Positions 8,542-18,274 of a DNA stretch of 32,000 nt are shown here, piece by piece. The stretch's first letter is position 1. Each line of letters begins with the position of its first letter. Origin of the DNA: an uncultured Erysipelotrichaceae bacterium (GTDB lineage: Bacteria; Bacillota_I; Bacilli_A; Erysipelotrichales; Erysipelotrichaceae); assembly GCA_942492995.1 (NCBI GenBank), contig OW818653.1:750001-782000 (forward strand), in the 5' to 3' direction. A model generated the notes under the pieces. The model saw only the letters and a list, made by a program, of their open reading frames with translations. It ran no database searches and was not told the DNA's origin. A program made the translations under genes and the position numbers.

Positions 8542-9936
8542 TTAAATTTCGAGTAAGCTTTCTGCCGCAAACTCATTTTCTTTATGTTGAATGCTTAAAT
8601 GAGTTAAGTCTTTTAAGATATTAATAAAGAAGTAACCAGTTAAGATAGCCGCAAGTAAATCTGCGAACGGAGCTGCATACAGTAAGCCTTCAACTCCCCA
8701 GAATTGTGGGAAAAAGATGACTGCAGGAATTAAGAATATAATCTGTCGTGTTAATGTTAAGAACATCGCGGATTTTGATCGACCAATCGCTTGAAAGAAG
8801 TTTGCCGCAATAATCTGGAATCCAACAACTGGCAACATCATAAACCATGAGCTAATTGCCATTGTACCAAATACAAGTAATTCCGCATCACGATTAAACA
8901 TAGATACTAATAGTTCTGGGAATAAACGCGTAATAATGAATCCTACCACAACGATTGATGTGGCAACTGTGATTGCTAGTTTGATTGCCTCTTTTACACG
9001 ATCAAACTTTTTAGCCCCAAAATTGAAGCTTATAATCGGTTGAACACCTTGGTTTAATCCAATAATTGGCATTAACATTAATGTCTGAATACTATTGATT
9101 ACACCCATTCCGGATACCGCAATATCGCCACCGTAAATGTATAAGTTACGATTAAGTAATGTGTTTAATAAAGAACTTGCAAGTTGTAATAAGAAACCAG
9201 GTAATCCTAGTGATACAACTTTTTTAACAATCGCAGAATCTAAAATAAGATTCTTAACTTGTAATTTAGCCTTACTATGTTTGCCTAAGAAGTGTAATAC
9301 TACCCAAATTGCGGATACACCTTGTGCAATGATCGTTGCGAGTGCTGCGCCCATCATACCCATACCAAATCCAAAAATGAAGATTGGATCTAATATAATG
9401 TTAATTCCAGCCCCAATAAACATCGTCATCATCGCGATCTTTGGACTTCCATCTGCACGGATAAAATGATTTAAACCCATACTTACAATTTGGAAAGTTG
9501 ATCCAAAGAATATAACACGCATATAATCAATCGAATAAGGTAGAACAGTTGGACTTGCACCAAATAGTTTTAATAATGGTACTAAGAAAATTTGACCTAG
9601 GATCATATAAATGATTCCAGATACAACAAGTAACACAAACGCATTACCAAGAACTTTTTCCGCATCAACTTCTCTTTTTTGACCTAAACGTATGGAGAAT
9701 AATGTAGCCCCGCCGACACCAAATAAGACCCCAACAGCTAACATGATTAACATGAGTGGGAATCCAATTGTAATCCCTGCTAATCCATTTGCCCCAAGTT
9801 CTGGCGCATTCCCGATATAAATACGATCGACAATATTATACAAAGCACTAACTAACATACCTACAATTGCAGGAATTGAAAACTTAATTAAAAGCTTACT
9901 TATTTTTTCTTCACCAAGTGGATTATGATATACCAT
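8542..9936 (-). CDS. MATE-family multidrug efflux transporter
   Basis: 464 aa with 12 predicted TM segments. The MATE-like N-terminus is ...LLIKFSIPAIVGMLVSALYNIVDRIYIG. The start overlaps the MarR stop as TAATG. Confidence 0.85.
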   Translation of the reverse strand: MVYHNPLGEEKISKLLIKFSIPAIVGMLVSALYNIVDRIYIGNAPELGANGLAGITIGFPLMLIMLAVGVLFGVGGATLFSIRLGQKREVDAEKVLGNAFVLLVVSGIIYMILGQIFLVPLLKLFGASPTVLPYSIDYMRVIFFGSTFQIVSMGLNHFIRADGSPKIAMMTMFIGAGINIILDPIFIFGFGMGMMGAALATIIAQGVSAIWVVLHFLGKHSKAKLQVKNLILDSAIVKKVVSLGLPGFLLQLASSLLNTLLNRNLYIYGGDIAVSGMGVINSIQTLMLMPIIGLNQGVQPIISFNFGAKKFDRVKEAIKLAITVATSIVVVGFIITRLFPELLVSMFNRDAELLVFGTMAISSWFMMLPVVGFQIIAANFFQAIGRSKSAMFLTLTRQIIFLIPAVIFFPQFWGVEGLLYAAPFADLLAAILTGYFFINILKDLTHLSIQHKENEFAAESLLEI

Positions 9937-10394
9937 TATTTTAATTCTCCATTTCGATTTCGTTCTACTTTTTCAACCATCTTAACTAATACATTTATGA
10001 CTTGTTCAACTTCTTCACTACTTAAATCTTCACGTAAATAATCACTCCACCGATCAACTCTTTGTCTTAATTCTGGCATTAACGTGCGACCTTTATCGGT
10101 TAGATAAATATGATTACAACGTAAATCATCTTTACTCTTTTCGCGATAAACTAATTCTTTTTCTTCAAGTGATTGAATACTTCGCGTAACCGCAGCTTTA
10201 TCCATTCCATAGAAATTAACGAGTGTTTCTTGAGTCACACCATCTTTAGAGTTTAGATACAATAAGAATGGGAATTCACTGGAACTAACATTAATGTCTT
10301 TCAGCTGTTGTGTATGAAACATTTGAGCGTGTCGATGAAGTATCGATATTAATCGTCCAATGTTATATTTGATTTGTGGTTCGCTTTTTGTCAT
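9936..10394 (-). CDS. MarR-family transcriptional regulator
   Basis: The winged-helix core is ...GVTQETLVNFYGMDKAAVTRSIQSLEEKELVYREKSKDDLRCNHIYLTDKG. The start is set at ATG 10394 (MTKSEPQ...) because the track's N-terminal extension covers a consensus promoter. Confidence 0.8.
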   Translation of the reverse strand: MTKSEPQIKYNIGRLISILHRHAQMFHTQQLKDINVSSSEFPFLLYLNSKDGVTQETLVNFYGMDKAAVTRSIQSLEEKELVYREKSKDDLRCNHIYLTDKGRTLMPELRQRVDRWSDYLREDLSSEEVEQVINVLVKMVEKVERNRNGELK

Positions 10395-10430
10395 GATGAT
10401 TATTATATAAATAATTAGTTGACATGTCAA
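10394..10430 (-). promoter_or_regulatory. near-consensus promoter with palindromic operator for marR-MATE; predicted leaderless transcript
   Basis: The minus strand reads TTGACA (10430..10425), a 17-nt spacer, then TATAAT (10407..10402), with only 7 nt before ATG 10394. The -35 lies inside the perfect palindrome TTGACATGTCAA (10419..10430). Confidence 0.55.
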
Positions 10431-10442
10431 TCAATTTAAACC

Positions 10443-10470
10443 ATAAGAAAACTGTCGTTTAGACAGTTTA
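10443..10470 (-). terminator. intrinsic terminator after the 6-phospho-beta-glucosidase gene
   Basis: Minus-strand RNA forms AAACUGUC-uaaac-GACAGUUU followed by UCUUAU. Confidence 0.55.
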
Positions 10471-10475
10471 GCGTA

Positions 10476-11942
<1,467 letters not shown>

Positions 11943-11974
11943 TTAACCCATTTAATCAAATTTAGAACAAATTA

Positions 11975-11991
11975 TTGAAACAATGTTCCAA
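11975..11991 (-). terminator. weak hairpin after the ABM gene (possible operon terminator)
   Basis: Minus-strand RNA forms UUGGAAC-auu-GUUUCAA (7 bp including one G-U pair) followed by UAAUUUGUU. The stem is short and AU-rich. Confidence 0.3.
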
Positions 11992-12279
11992 TTAGATTTC
12001 GTAGATATCGAGTTTAGCCCCTTCAATGTAATCTTCTTTAATATCTTGTAGTTTCAAGAAATGCGGCATTTTCTTATGTAATTCTAGTCCTTCTTTGGAC
12101 TTCCAAATTTCTAATAAAAATAGATGATTACTTGAATCTACAGGAAAGAAATAATCATAACGGATATTATCTTCCTCTTCGCGTGATTTCTGGGGAATTT
12201 CTAGTTTATTAAGTAACTCAAAAAACTCATCTCTTTTGCCCTCTTTCACGGTATACAAAACATGTAATAGTATTGCCAT
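11992..12279 (-). CDS. antibiotic-biosynthesis-monooxygenase (ABM) domain protein
   Basis: 95 aa with the ferredoxin-like ABM pattern (...VKEGKRDEF...LFLLEIWKSKEGLELHKKMPHF). AAGGAGGAAA serves as the RBS. Confidence 0.65.
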   Translation of the reverse strand: MAILLHVLYTVKEGKRDEFFELLNKLEIPQKSREEEDNIRYDYFFPVDSSNHLFLLEIWKSKEGLELHKKMPHFLKLQDIKEDYIEGAKLDIYEI

Positions 12280-12288
12280 TTTTCCTCC

Positions 12289-12786
12289 TTATTGAAATGA
12301 TTCAATCATTTTTAGCACAGTATTTCGATTTCGGATTGTCGTACTTGTTTTAAGTCTACGTTCAATCCAATTATTATTAAATTTAGTCAAATGATATGGC
12401 GTTGAATAGTTCATGATAATACATTGTTCGACTACTTCAAATTCTTCTGTTATTTCTAATCTTAATTGATTAATTTGATCATCTGATATTATTTGGTTTG
12501 TGAATACTACCATCGAGTTTTCTTTAAAGTTACAATGTTCAACAATCTTTTTAATTTTATTAAAATCCGTTAGTATTATTGGAATCTTGAATCCATATCG
12601 TTCAGATAATTTGTTTTCTAAATCACTTATATCAAGTTTAGCGGATTCAACGTAAACATTACCTGATTGTAAAAGTGTTTTAACATTAATAAATCCTAAT
12701 TCAGCTAAATACTGTTTTAAATCAAGCATTGGGACTTTATTAACCTTACCAAGATTGATTGCACGTAATAATAGTATTAGTTTCAT
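12289..12786 (-). CDS. DUF1697-family protein
   Basis: 165 aa. The N-terminus MKLILLLRAINLGKVNKVPMLDLKQYLAELGF... is the characteristic DUF1697 signature. The start overlaps the upstream stop as ATGA. Confidence 0.7.
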   Translation of the reverse strand: MKLILLLRAINLGKVNKVPMLDLKQYLAELGFINVKTLLQSGNVYVESAKLDISDLENKLSERYGFKIPIILTDFNKIKKIVEHCNFKENSMVVFTNQIISDDQINQLRLEITEEFEVVEQCIIMNYSTPYHLTKFNNNWIERRLKTSTTIRNRNTVLKMIESFQ

Positions 12787-13073
12787 ATTTTTTTATCAGA
12801 TAGACCATGAAATCGAAGAAACGCTAATACATTATTATTAACAAGTTTCTTTGTGAATAACTCTCTAAATTGAACTGTTTTTTCTTTACCTTCACTTCTC
12901 AATTCATCAAGTTGAAGGGATATCTCCGTTTGGGCTTTTTCTATTTCATCATAAAATGATTCAAACTTCGCTAAACGATCAATTGCTTCACCACTTATAT
13001 ATCCATTCTCTATTTTTAATTCATCAATTAATAATACGTTAGTATCATCTATTTTATGTGTGTAACGTTTCAT
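12783..13073 (-). CDS. hypothetical 96-aa helical protein
   Basis: Clean ORF with an AAGGGA RBS, translationally coupled to the DUF1697 gene. I recognise no family. Confidence 0.5.
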   Translation of the reverse strand: MKRYTHKIDDTNVLLIDELKIENGYISGEAIDRLAKFESFYDEIEKAQTEISLQLDELRSEGKEKTVQFRELFTKKLVNNNVLAFLRFHGLSDKKI

Positions 13074-13083
13074 AATTCCCTTA

Positions 13084-14016
13084 TTATTGATTAATTAGAT
13101 CAAGAATTTTTGCGCTCATTTCTTGACTCATTATCGGACTTTCAATTAATCCTTCTTCAATACACTTTGCGAAATGTTCAATTTCAAATGTAAATTCACT
13201 GTTAAATTCGAATTTAACAGTTTCTTCAGGTTGACCATATCGTTCAATAAAATAATATGGACTCTTTGAAAATTTAGGACACTTTATCTTTCCTTCTGTT
13301 CCATAAATCGTAAAATGATTTTCTGTATCGAGTCCTATTCCACCTTTTATACTTGCGATTTTATTGTCTGTGAATTGAATTAACATATGCGTTAAATCAT
13401 CTGATCCTTTTTCATTAATTATCGACATTTTCTTCATTTCTTTGATATCTAAACCAAATAGATAAAGTGCAACAGTTAATGGATAAACACCAACATCAAA
13501 CATTCCACCTCCCATTTTGGTTGGGTCAAATACCCAATGATCCATTGTTGGGAAACGATAGGTATATGAACCTTCACAATACTTTACTTCACCGATTAAA
13601 TGTTCATCAAGTTTACGTTTTATATCAACCCATGTTGGCGTAAAGACTGTTTTGTTCGCTTCCATCAGTACTAAGCCCTTTGATTTTGCGAGCTTAAATA
13701 ATTCATCGGAAATAGCTCGGTTATAAACAAATGGTTTTTCTGAGATGACATGTTTGTTGTGATTCAAACATAAACGTATTTGCTCTTCATGCATAAATGG
13801 TGGCGTTGCGATATAGATTGCTTGTACATCATTATTTAAGACTAAGCTTTCATAATCACCATAAACATTACTAATATTATAAAGACTTGCGAATTCTTCA
13901 GCACGTTCTATTTCACGCGCAGCACACGCTATTACACTCGCATTACTTGACTCCAAAGCACCTTTCACAAAACGATGGGCTATTTTACCACATCCTAAAA
14001 TTCCAAATTTTATCAT
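13084..14016 (-). CDS. Gfo/Idh/MocA-family NAD(P)-dependent oxidoreductase
   Basis: The N-terminal Rossmann motif is MIKFGILGCGKIAHRF and an EKP motif is present (ISEKPF). The start is set at ATG 14016, 7 nt after GAGGT. The track start at 14022 is only 1 nt from the SD. Confidence 0.8.
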   Translation of the reverse strand: MIKFGILGCGKIAHRFVKGALESSNASVIACAAREIERAEEFASLYNISNVYGDYESLVLNNDVQAIYIATPPFMHEEQIRLCLNHNKHVISEKPFVYNRAISDELFKLAKSKGLVLMEANKTVFTPTWVDIKRKLDEHLIGEVKYCEGSYTYRFPTMDHWVFDPTKMGGGMFDVGVYPLTVALYLFGLDIKEMKKMSIINEKGSDDLTHMLIQFTDNKIASIKGGIGLDTENHFTIYGTEGKIKCPKFSKSPYYFIERYGQPEETVKFEFNSEFTFEIEHFAKCIEEGLIESPIMSQEMSAKILDLINQ

Positions 14017-14098
14017 GTTCATACCTCATATAAATTTTAACACTAATTACTCTTACATTTAATCATTTATCGATTTAATAAAATAAGTTAATAAACTT

Positions 14099-14122
14099 TG
14101 ATATAATAGTTGCGTGCGCAAC
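14099..14122 (+). promoter_or_regulatory. extended -10 promoter plus GC-rich inverted-repeat operator for the marR-ABC operon
   Basis: TGATATAAT spans 14099..14107. It is followed by GTTGCG-TG-CGCAAC (14109..14122), a 6-2-6 inverted repeat that stands out as a GC island. GGAG at 14127 precedes ATG 14135. Confidence 0.5.
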
Positions 14123-14134
14123 GATTGGAGAACT

Positions 14135-14572
14135 ATGATCCCGATAAATAAATCAATAAGTATCATTGAAAGATCGAATATTTTATATCGAAATGAAGTA
14201 TTCAAAGACTATGGATTAAAAGGTTATCAAGCGAATTACCTTTTAGAAATTAAACGTAATCCCGGTATATCGCAGGAACAATTAACGAAAGATATGCATA
14301 TCGATAAAAGTAACGTGGCGCGTGGATTAATGAATTTATCTGAATTAGGCTATATAACACGGATTCAAGACACAAATGATATGCGTTTTATCCTTCTTTA
14401 TCCAACTGAAACAGGAATTGCTTTAGCAATCAAAGTTGGAGAAATCTTTAAGTCGCAACGGAACTATCTCTTACAGGATTTTAATGAAGATGAACAACTT
14501 AAATTGATGGAATACTTAGAAAAATTAAAGATTAGAGCTGAAGAATTGTTAGATATCGAGAAAAAAATATGA
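14135..14572 (+). CDS. MarR-family transcriptional regulator
   Basis: The winged-helix core is ...PGISQEQLTKDMHIDKSNVARGLMNLSELGYITR. The start is trimmed to ATG 14135, downstream of GGAGA. The stop overlaps the next start as ATGA. Confidence 0.8.
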   Translation: MIPINKSISIIERSNILYRNEVFKDYGLKGYQANYLLEIKRNPGISQEQLTKDMHIDKSNVARGLMNLSELGYITRIQDTNDMRFILLYPTETGIALAIKVGEIFKSQRNYLLQDFNEDEQLKLMEYLEKLKIRAEELLDIEKKI

Positions 14573-16284
14573 AACGAATTATTAAGTACTTATCACCTTT
14601 TTCTAAACAAATTGTATTTGGTTTAATCATAAAAAGTAGTGCAACAGTTATGGAACTTCTTCTTCCATGGTTACTAGCCTATGTCATTGATACGATTATC
14701 CCAACTGCGAATATCTCGATGGTGTTTTTATATGGGTTCTATATGTTAGTCAGTTCAGGTTTGGCGTTATATGGTAATGTGACCGCAAATCGATTAGCTG
14801 CGAAAATATCATCTGATGCGATTGAAAACTTACGAAATGATTCTTATCAAAAAATTATGAGTTTCTCAAATCGTAGTGCGGATCAATTCACCATTCCATC
14901 CTTAATTTCTAGAATGACGAGCGATACATATCATATTTATCGAATGTTCAATGTAATTCAACGAATTGGTATTCGTGCTCCTATATTACTGTTAGGTAGT
15001 ATCGTAATGATGTTGTTTATTGATCCATTCTTAGCATTTGTATTAATTGCTTTATTACCAGTAATTACGATTGTTGTAATCTACATTTCAAAGATAAGTA
15101 TTCCCTATTATGATCGACTTCAAAATTCACTTGATCAATTAATTCGCGTTGTACGTGAAAATATAACGGGTATTCGTGTAATAAAAGCTCTCGCAAAAGA
15201 AGATTTCGAGAAAGACAAGTTTAAACATGTCAATGATGATGTATCGAAGCGTGAAAAGACGGCTGGATACATTATTGCGCTATTGAACCCATTAATGAAC
15301 TTAATCTTAAACCTAGGATTGGTTGTGATTGTTTATATCGGTGCATCTAGGGTAATCGATGGATTAAGTAAAAGTGGTTCGATTATTGCGTTTCTCTCTT
15401 ACTTTGGTTTAATATTAAATTCATTTTTAGCAATCAATCGTATATTCTTATTATTTTCAAGGGCTAATGCGAGCGCAAATCGAATTAATGAGATATTAGA
15501 TCAAGATGATACATTAATCAAAATAAATAAAACGATGAAACAAATTGAGGATCATATCCAATTTAATCATGTTAATTTCTCATACAATCAAACTAAAAAT
15601 GATATTGATGATATAAGTTTCAAGATTAAACGACATAGTACATTTGGAATCATCGGTAGTACAGGATCAGGTAAATCTACAATTGCGCAATTATTATTAC
15701 GTTTCTATGAATTGGATAGTGGTGAGATTCTAATCGATGGTCAAGATATTCGAAGTTTTGACGTAAATGACTTACGACGTAAATTTGGTGTCGTCTTCCA
15801 ACAAGATGTGTTGTTTTCACTTAGTGTTAAGGATAATATCCAATTTGGTCGTGAGATGGATTTCGATTCAGTTATTGATGCGGTTGATTTAGCTCAAGCA
15901 CGTAGTTTTGTAGAACAATTGAGTGATAAATACGATGAAAAAGTACTTCGTCAAGGCGCAAATTTCTCTGGTGGTCAGAAACAACGTATGTTAATTGCTC
16001 GTGCTCTAGCGAATAATCCAGAAATTATTATATTGGATGATGCATCAAGTGCACTTGATTATAAGACTGATGCGGATTTAAGAGCTGCGATTAAACATCA
16101 CTCGAATGCGACAACAATTCTTATTGCGCAAAGAATAAGTACTGTAATTAATGCGGATAGTATTCTTGTGATTGAGGATGGCAAAATGGTTGGACTTGGC
16201 ACACACCTAGAGTTAGCTCAAAATTGTGAGTTATATAAAGAATTAATTGAATTACAGTTAGGAGAACAAACGTATGAGTCGTAG
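14569..16284 (+). CDS. ABC exporter half-transporter (TMD-NBD) contributing the degenerate ATP site
   Basis: 571 aa. Motifs are Walker A GSTGSGKST, signature FSGGQKQR, Walker B IIILDD (Asp in place of the catalytic Glu), and H-loop LIAQRIS (Gln in place of His). Confidence 0.88.
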   Translation: MKRIIKYLSPFSKQIVFGLIIKSSATVMELLLPWLLAYVIDTIIPTANISMVFLYGFYMLVSSGLALYGNVTANRLAAKISSDAIENLRNDSYQKIMSFSNRSADQFTIPSLISRMTSDTYHIYRMFNVIQRIGIRAPILLLGSIVMMLFIDPFLAFVLIALLPVITIVVIYISKISIPYYDRLQNSLDQLIRVVRENITGIRVIKALAKEDFEKDKFKHVNDDVSKREKTAGYIIALLNPLMNLILNLGLVVIVYIGASRVIDGLSKSGSIIAFLSYFGLILNSFLAINRIFLLFSRANASANRINEILDQDDTLIKINKTMKQIEDHIQFNHVNFSYNQTKNDIDDISFKIKRHSTFGIIGSTGSGKSTIAQLLLRFYELDSGEILIDGQDIRSFDVNDLRRKFGVVFQQDVLFSLSVKDNIQFGREMDFDSVIDAVDLAQARSFVEQLSDKYDEKVLRQGANFSGGQKQRMLIARALANNPEIIILDDASSALDYKTDADLRAAIKHHSNATTILIAQRISTVINADSILVIEDGKMVGLGTHLELAQNCELYKELIELQLGEQTYES

Positions 16285-18052
16285 ATCGAGTAGCCCAACT
16301 GTGATTGAAAAACCACAAGACACCAAGAAAACACTTAAAACGTTATTTACATACGTTAAAGAAGTTAAATGGTTGTTTATCTTAGCAATTCTATTAACAC
16401 TCATTGCGAATGGTCTACAGTTACTTGGGCCATATCTAACAGGTAATGTAATAGATTTGATATCCGATCATACACAGAATAATGTTTGGGATAAAGTTGT
16501 AGAACTTGTGGTATTAATGTTTATTGTGTATTTAGTATCGTCTGTTTTAATGTATGCATTATCTAGCTTAATGATCACAATAAGTCAGAAGATAGTCGTA
16601 AAAATGCGTCAAGATTTGTTTAATAAGTTTGTCGATTTATCGATAAGTTACTTCGATCGTCATCAGATTGGAGATTTATTAAGTCGTATTTCATACGATA
16701 TTGATACAATTAATACGTCATTATCATCTGATTTAGTTCAGTTATTTGGATCATTTGTTGTCGTAATTGGTGCCTTTGTGATGATGTTGTGGATTTCATT
16801 GCCGCTCTTATCCGTTTTCTTTATCACAATCCCCTTATCAATTCTAACCACACAGTATCTAACGAAACGTACTCGTCCTTTGTTTAGGGATCGTTCACGT
16901 AAATTAGGTGATATGAATGGATTTGTAGAAGAAACAATTTCAGGACTTAAGACAATTAAAGCTTATTCCCAACAAGATTCTATGTATGATGACTTCAAAC
17001 AAAAAAATAAAGACGCATCTGATGCGTATTATAAAGCTGATTATTATGGAAGTATTGTTGGTCCTACCGTTGGATTCATAAACAATATTTCATTAACACT
17101 TATTTCAGTGTTTGGATCAATCCTTTTCTTATTCAGTTTTATAACGATTGGGAATATTTCTTCTTTCCTACTCTATTCAAGAAAATTCTCAGGTCCTATC
17201 AGTGAATCCGCGAATATGGTTGCGGAGTTACAATCAACACTTGCGGCTGCTGAACGTGTCTTTAGAGTGTTAGATGAACCAATTGAGTTGGATGTCGAAA
17301 ATCCGATTCAATTACATAAACCAGTTCAAGGAGATATTGAGTTTAATAATGTTAATTTTGGATACTATCGTGATAAACCAGTTTTAAAAGATGTTAATTT
17401 AAATATAAAAGCTGGAAGTCTTGTGGCAATTGTTGGCCCAACTGGAGCTGGTAAAACTACTTTAATCAATTTATTAATGCGTTTCTATGCGCCGAATAGT
17501 GGTGAAATTTATGTCGATGGGAAAGATATTTCACTCTTAACATCGCATGATTTAAGATCATCCTTCTCCATGGTTTTACAAGATTCTTGGTTATTCCATG
17601 GATCAATCTATGATAATTTGATTTATGGAAATGAACATGCGAGTAAGGAAGATGTTATACGTATTGCGAAAGAAGTTCATATCCATAATTTTATCGAGAG
17701 AAGTAAGAATGGTTATGACACACTGATTAGTGATGATGGCGTTAATTTATCAAAAGGACAACGACAACTTATTACCATTGCACGTGCTATGTTGGCGAAT
17801 AAGCCAATGATAATCTTAGATGAAGCAACTTCAAATGTGGATACATTAACCGAAAAACGGATACAATCTGCGATGAAGAAGTTAATGCACGATAAAACGT
17901 GTTTCGTTATTGCCCATCGATTGAGTACGATTATCAATGCGGATATTATACTGGTAGTTCATGATGGAAATATTGTAGAACAAGGTACACATCAAACACT
18001 GATGTCACATAAAGGACATTATTATCATCTATATATGGCACAATTTGCATAA
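16274..18052 (+). CDS. ABC exporter half-transporter (TMD-NBD) contributing the consensus ATP site
   Basis: 592 aa. Motifs are Walker A GPTGAGKTT, Walker B MIILDEATS, H-loop VIAHRLS, and a deviant signature LSKGQRQ. GGAGAA serves as the RBS. It overlaps the upstream gene by 11 nt. Confidence 0.88.
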   Translation: MSRRSSSPTVIEKPQDTKKTLKTLFTYVKEVKWLFILAILLTLIANGLQLLGPYLTGNVIDLISDHTQNNVWDKVVELVVLMFIVYLVSSVLMYALSSLMITISQKIVVKMRQDLFNKFVDLSISYFDRHQIGDLLSRISYDIDTINTSLSSDLVQLFGSFVVVIGAFVMMLWISLPLLSVFFITIPLSILTTQYLTKRTRPLFRDRSRKLGDMNGFVEETISGLKTIKAYSQQDSMYDDFKQKNKDASDAYYKADYYGSIVGPTVGFINNISLTLISVFGSILFLFSFITIGNISSFLLYSRKFSGPISESANMVAELQSTLAAAERVFRVLDEPIELDVENPIQLHKPVQGDIEFNNVNFGYYRDKPVLKDVNLNIKAGSLVAIVGPTGAGKTTLINLLMRFYAPNSGEIYVDGKDISLLTSHDLRSSFSMVLQDSWLFHGSIYDNLIYGNEHASKEDVIRIAKEVHIHNFIERSKNGYDTLISDDGVNLSKGQRQLITIARAMLANKPMIILDEATSNVDTLTEKRIQSAMKKLMHDKTCFVIAHRLSTIINADIILVVHDGNIVEQGTHQTLMSHKGHYYHLYMAQFA

Positions 18053-18053
18053 G

Positions 18054-18081
18054 AAAACTACTTTTTTCAAAGTAGTTTTTT
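18054..18081. terminator. bidirectional intrinsic terminator between convergent units
   Basis: AAAACUACUUU-uuuc-AAAGUAGUUUU forms an 11-bp stem with A-run and T-run flanks. It lies between the ABC stop (18052) and the stop of the minus-strand micro-ORF (18086). Confidence 0.7.
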
Positions 18082-18085
18082 AATT

Positions 18086-18241
18086 CTATTTTCCAAGAAC
18101 AATCATTGCGCCTGATGCGATCGCTAGAATAGATAAGATTAAATCCATTGATGGAATTGGTAAGACTACAACTTTCATCAAACCAGTTAAGATCAACCAA
18201 ACCCCTAATAATAGAAATCCGATATTTTTTGTGATTTTCAT
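18086..18241 (-). CDS. 51-aa two-TM small membrane protein (absent from the ORF track)
   Basis: My translation is MKITKNIGFLLLGVWLILTGLMKVVVLPIPSMDLILSILAIASGAMIVLGK with a TAG stop. AAGGGA lies 4 nt upstream of the ATG, and the terminator follows immediately. Confidence 0.55.
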   Translation of the reverse strand: MKITKNIGFLLLGVWLILTGLMKVVVLPIPSMDLILSILAIASGAMIVLGK

Positions 18242-18254
18242 AGTTCCCTTTGAT

Positions 18255-18274
18255 CGAATTCTTTAAAGAATTCG
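18255..18274. repeat. perfect 20-bp palindrome CGAATTCTTTAAAGAATTCG
   Basis: Read directly from the sequence. It spans the stop codon of the 49-aa gene and ends 4 nt before the AAGGGA RBS of the 51-aa gene. There is no U-tract. Confidence 0.9.

Noticed and set aside
8535-8563. Perfect 10-bp hairpin AGAAAGCTTA(9 nt)TAAGCTTTCT straddling the MATE stop codon, considered as a terminator
   Set aside because: No U-tract follows it on the minus strand (the next bases are AAUACCUAU). One arm is coding. It may modestly stabilise the mRNA, but I cannot call it an intrinsic terminator.
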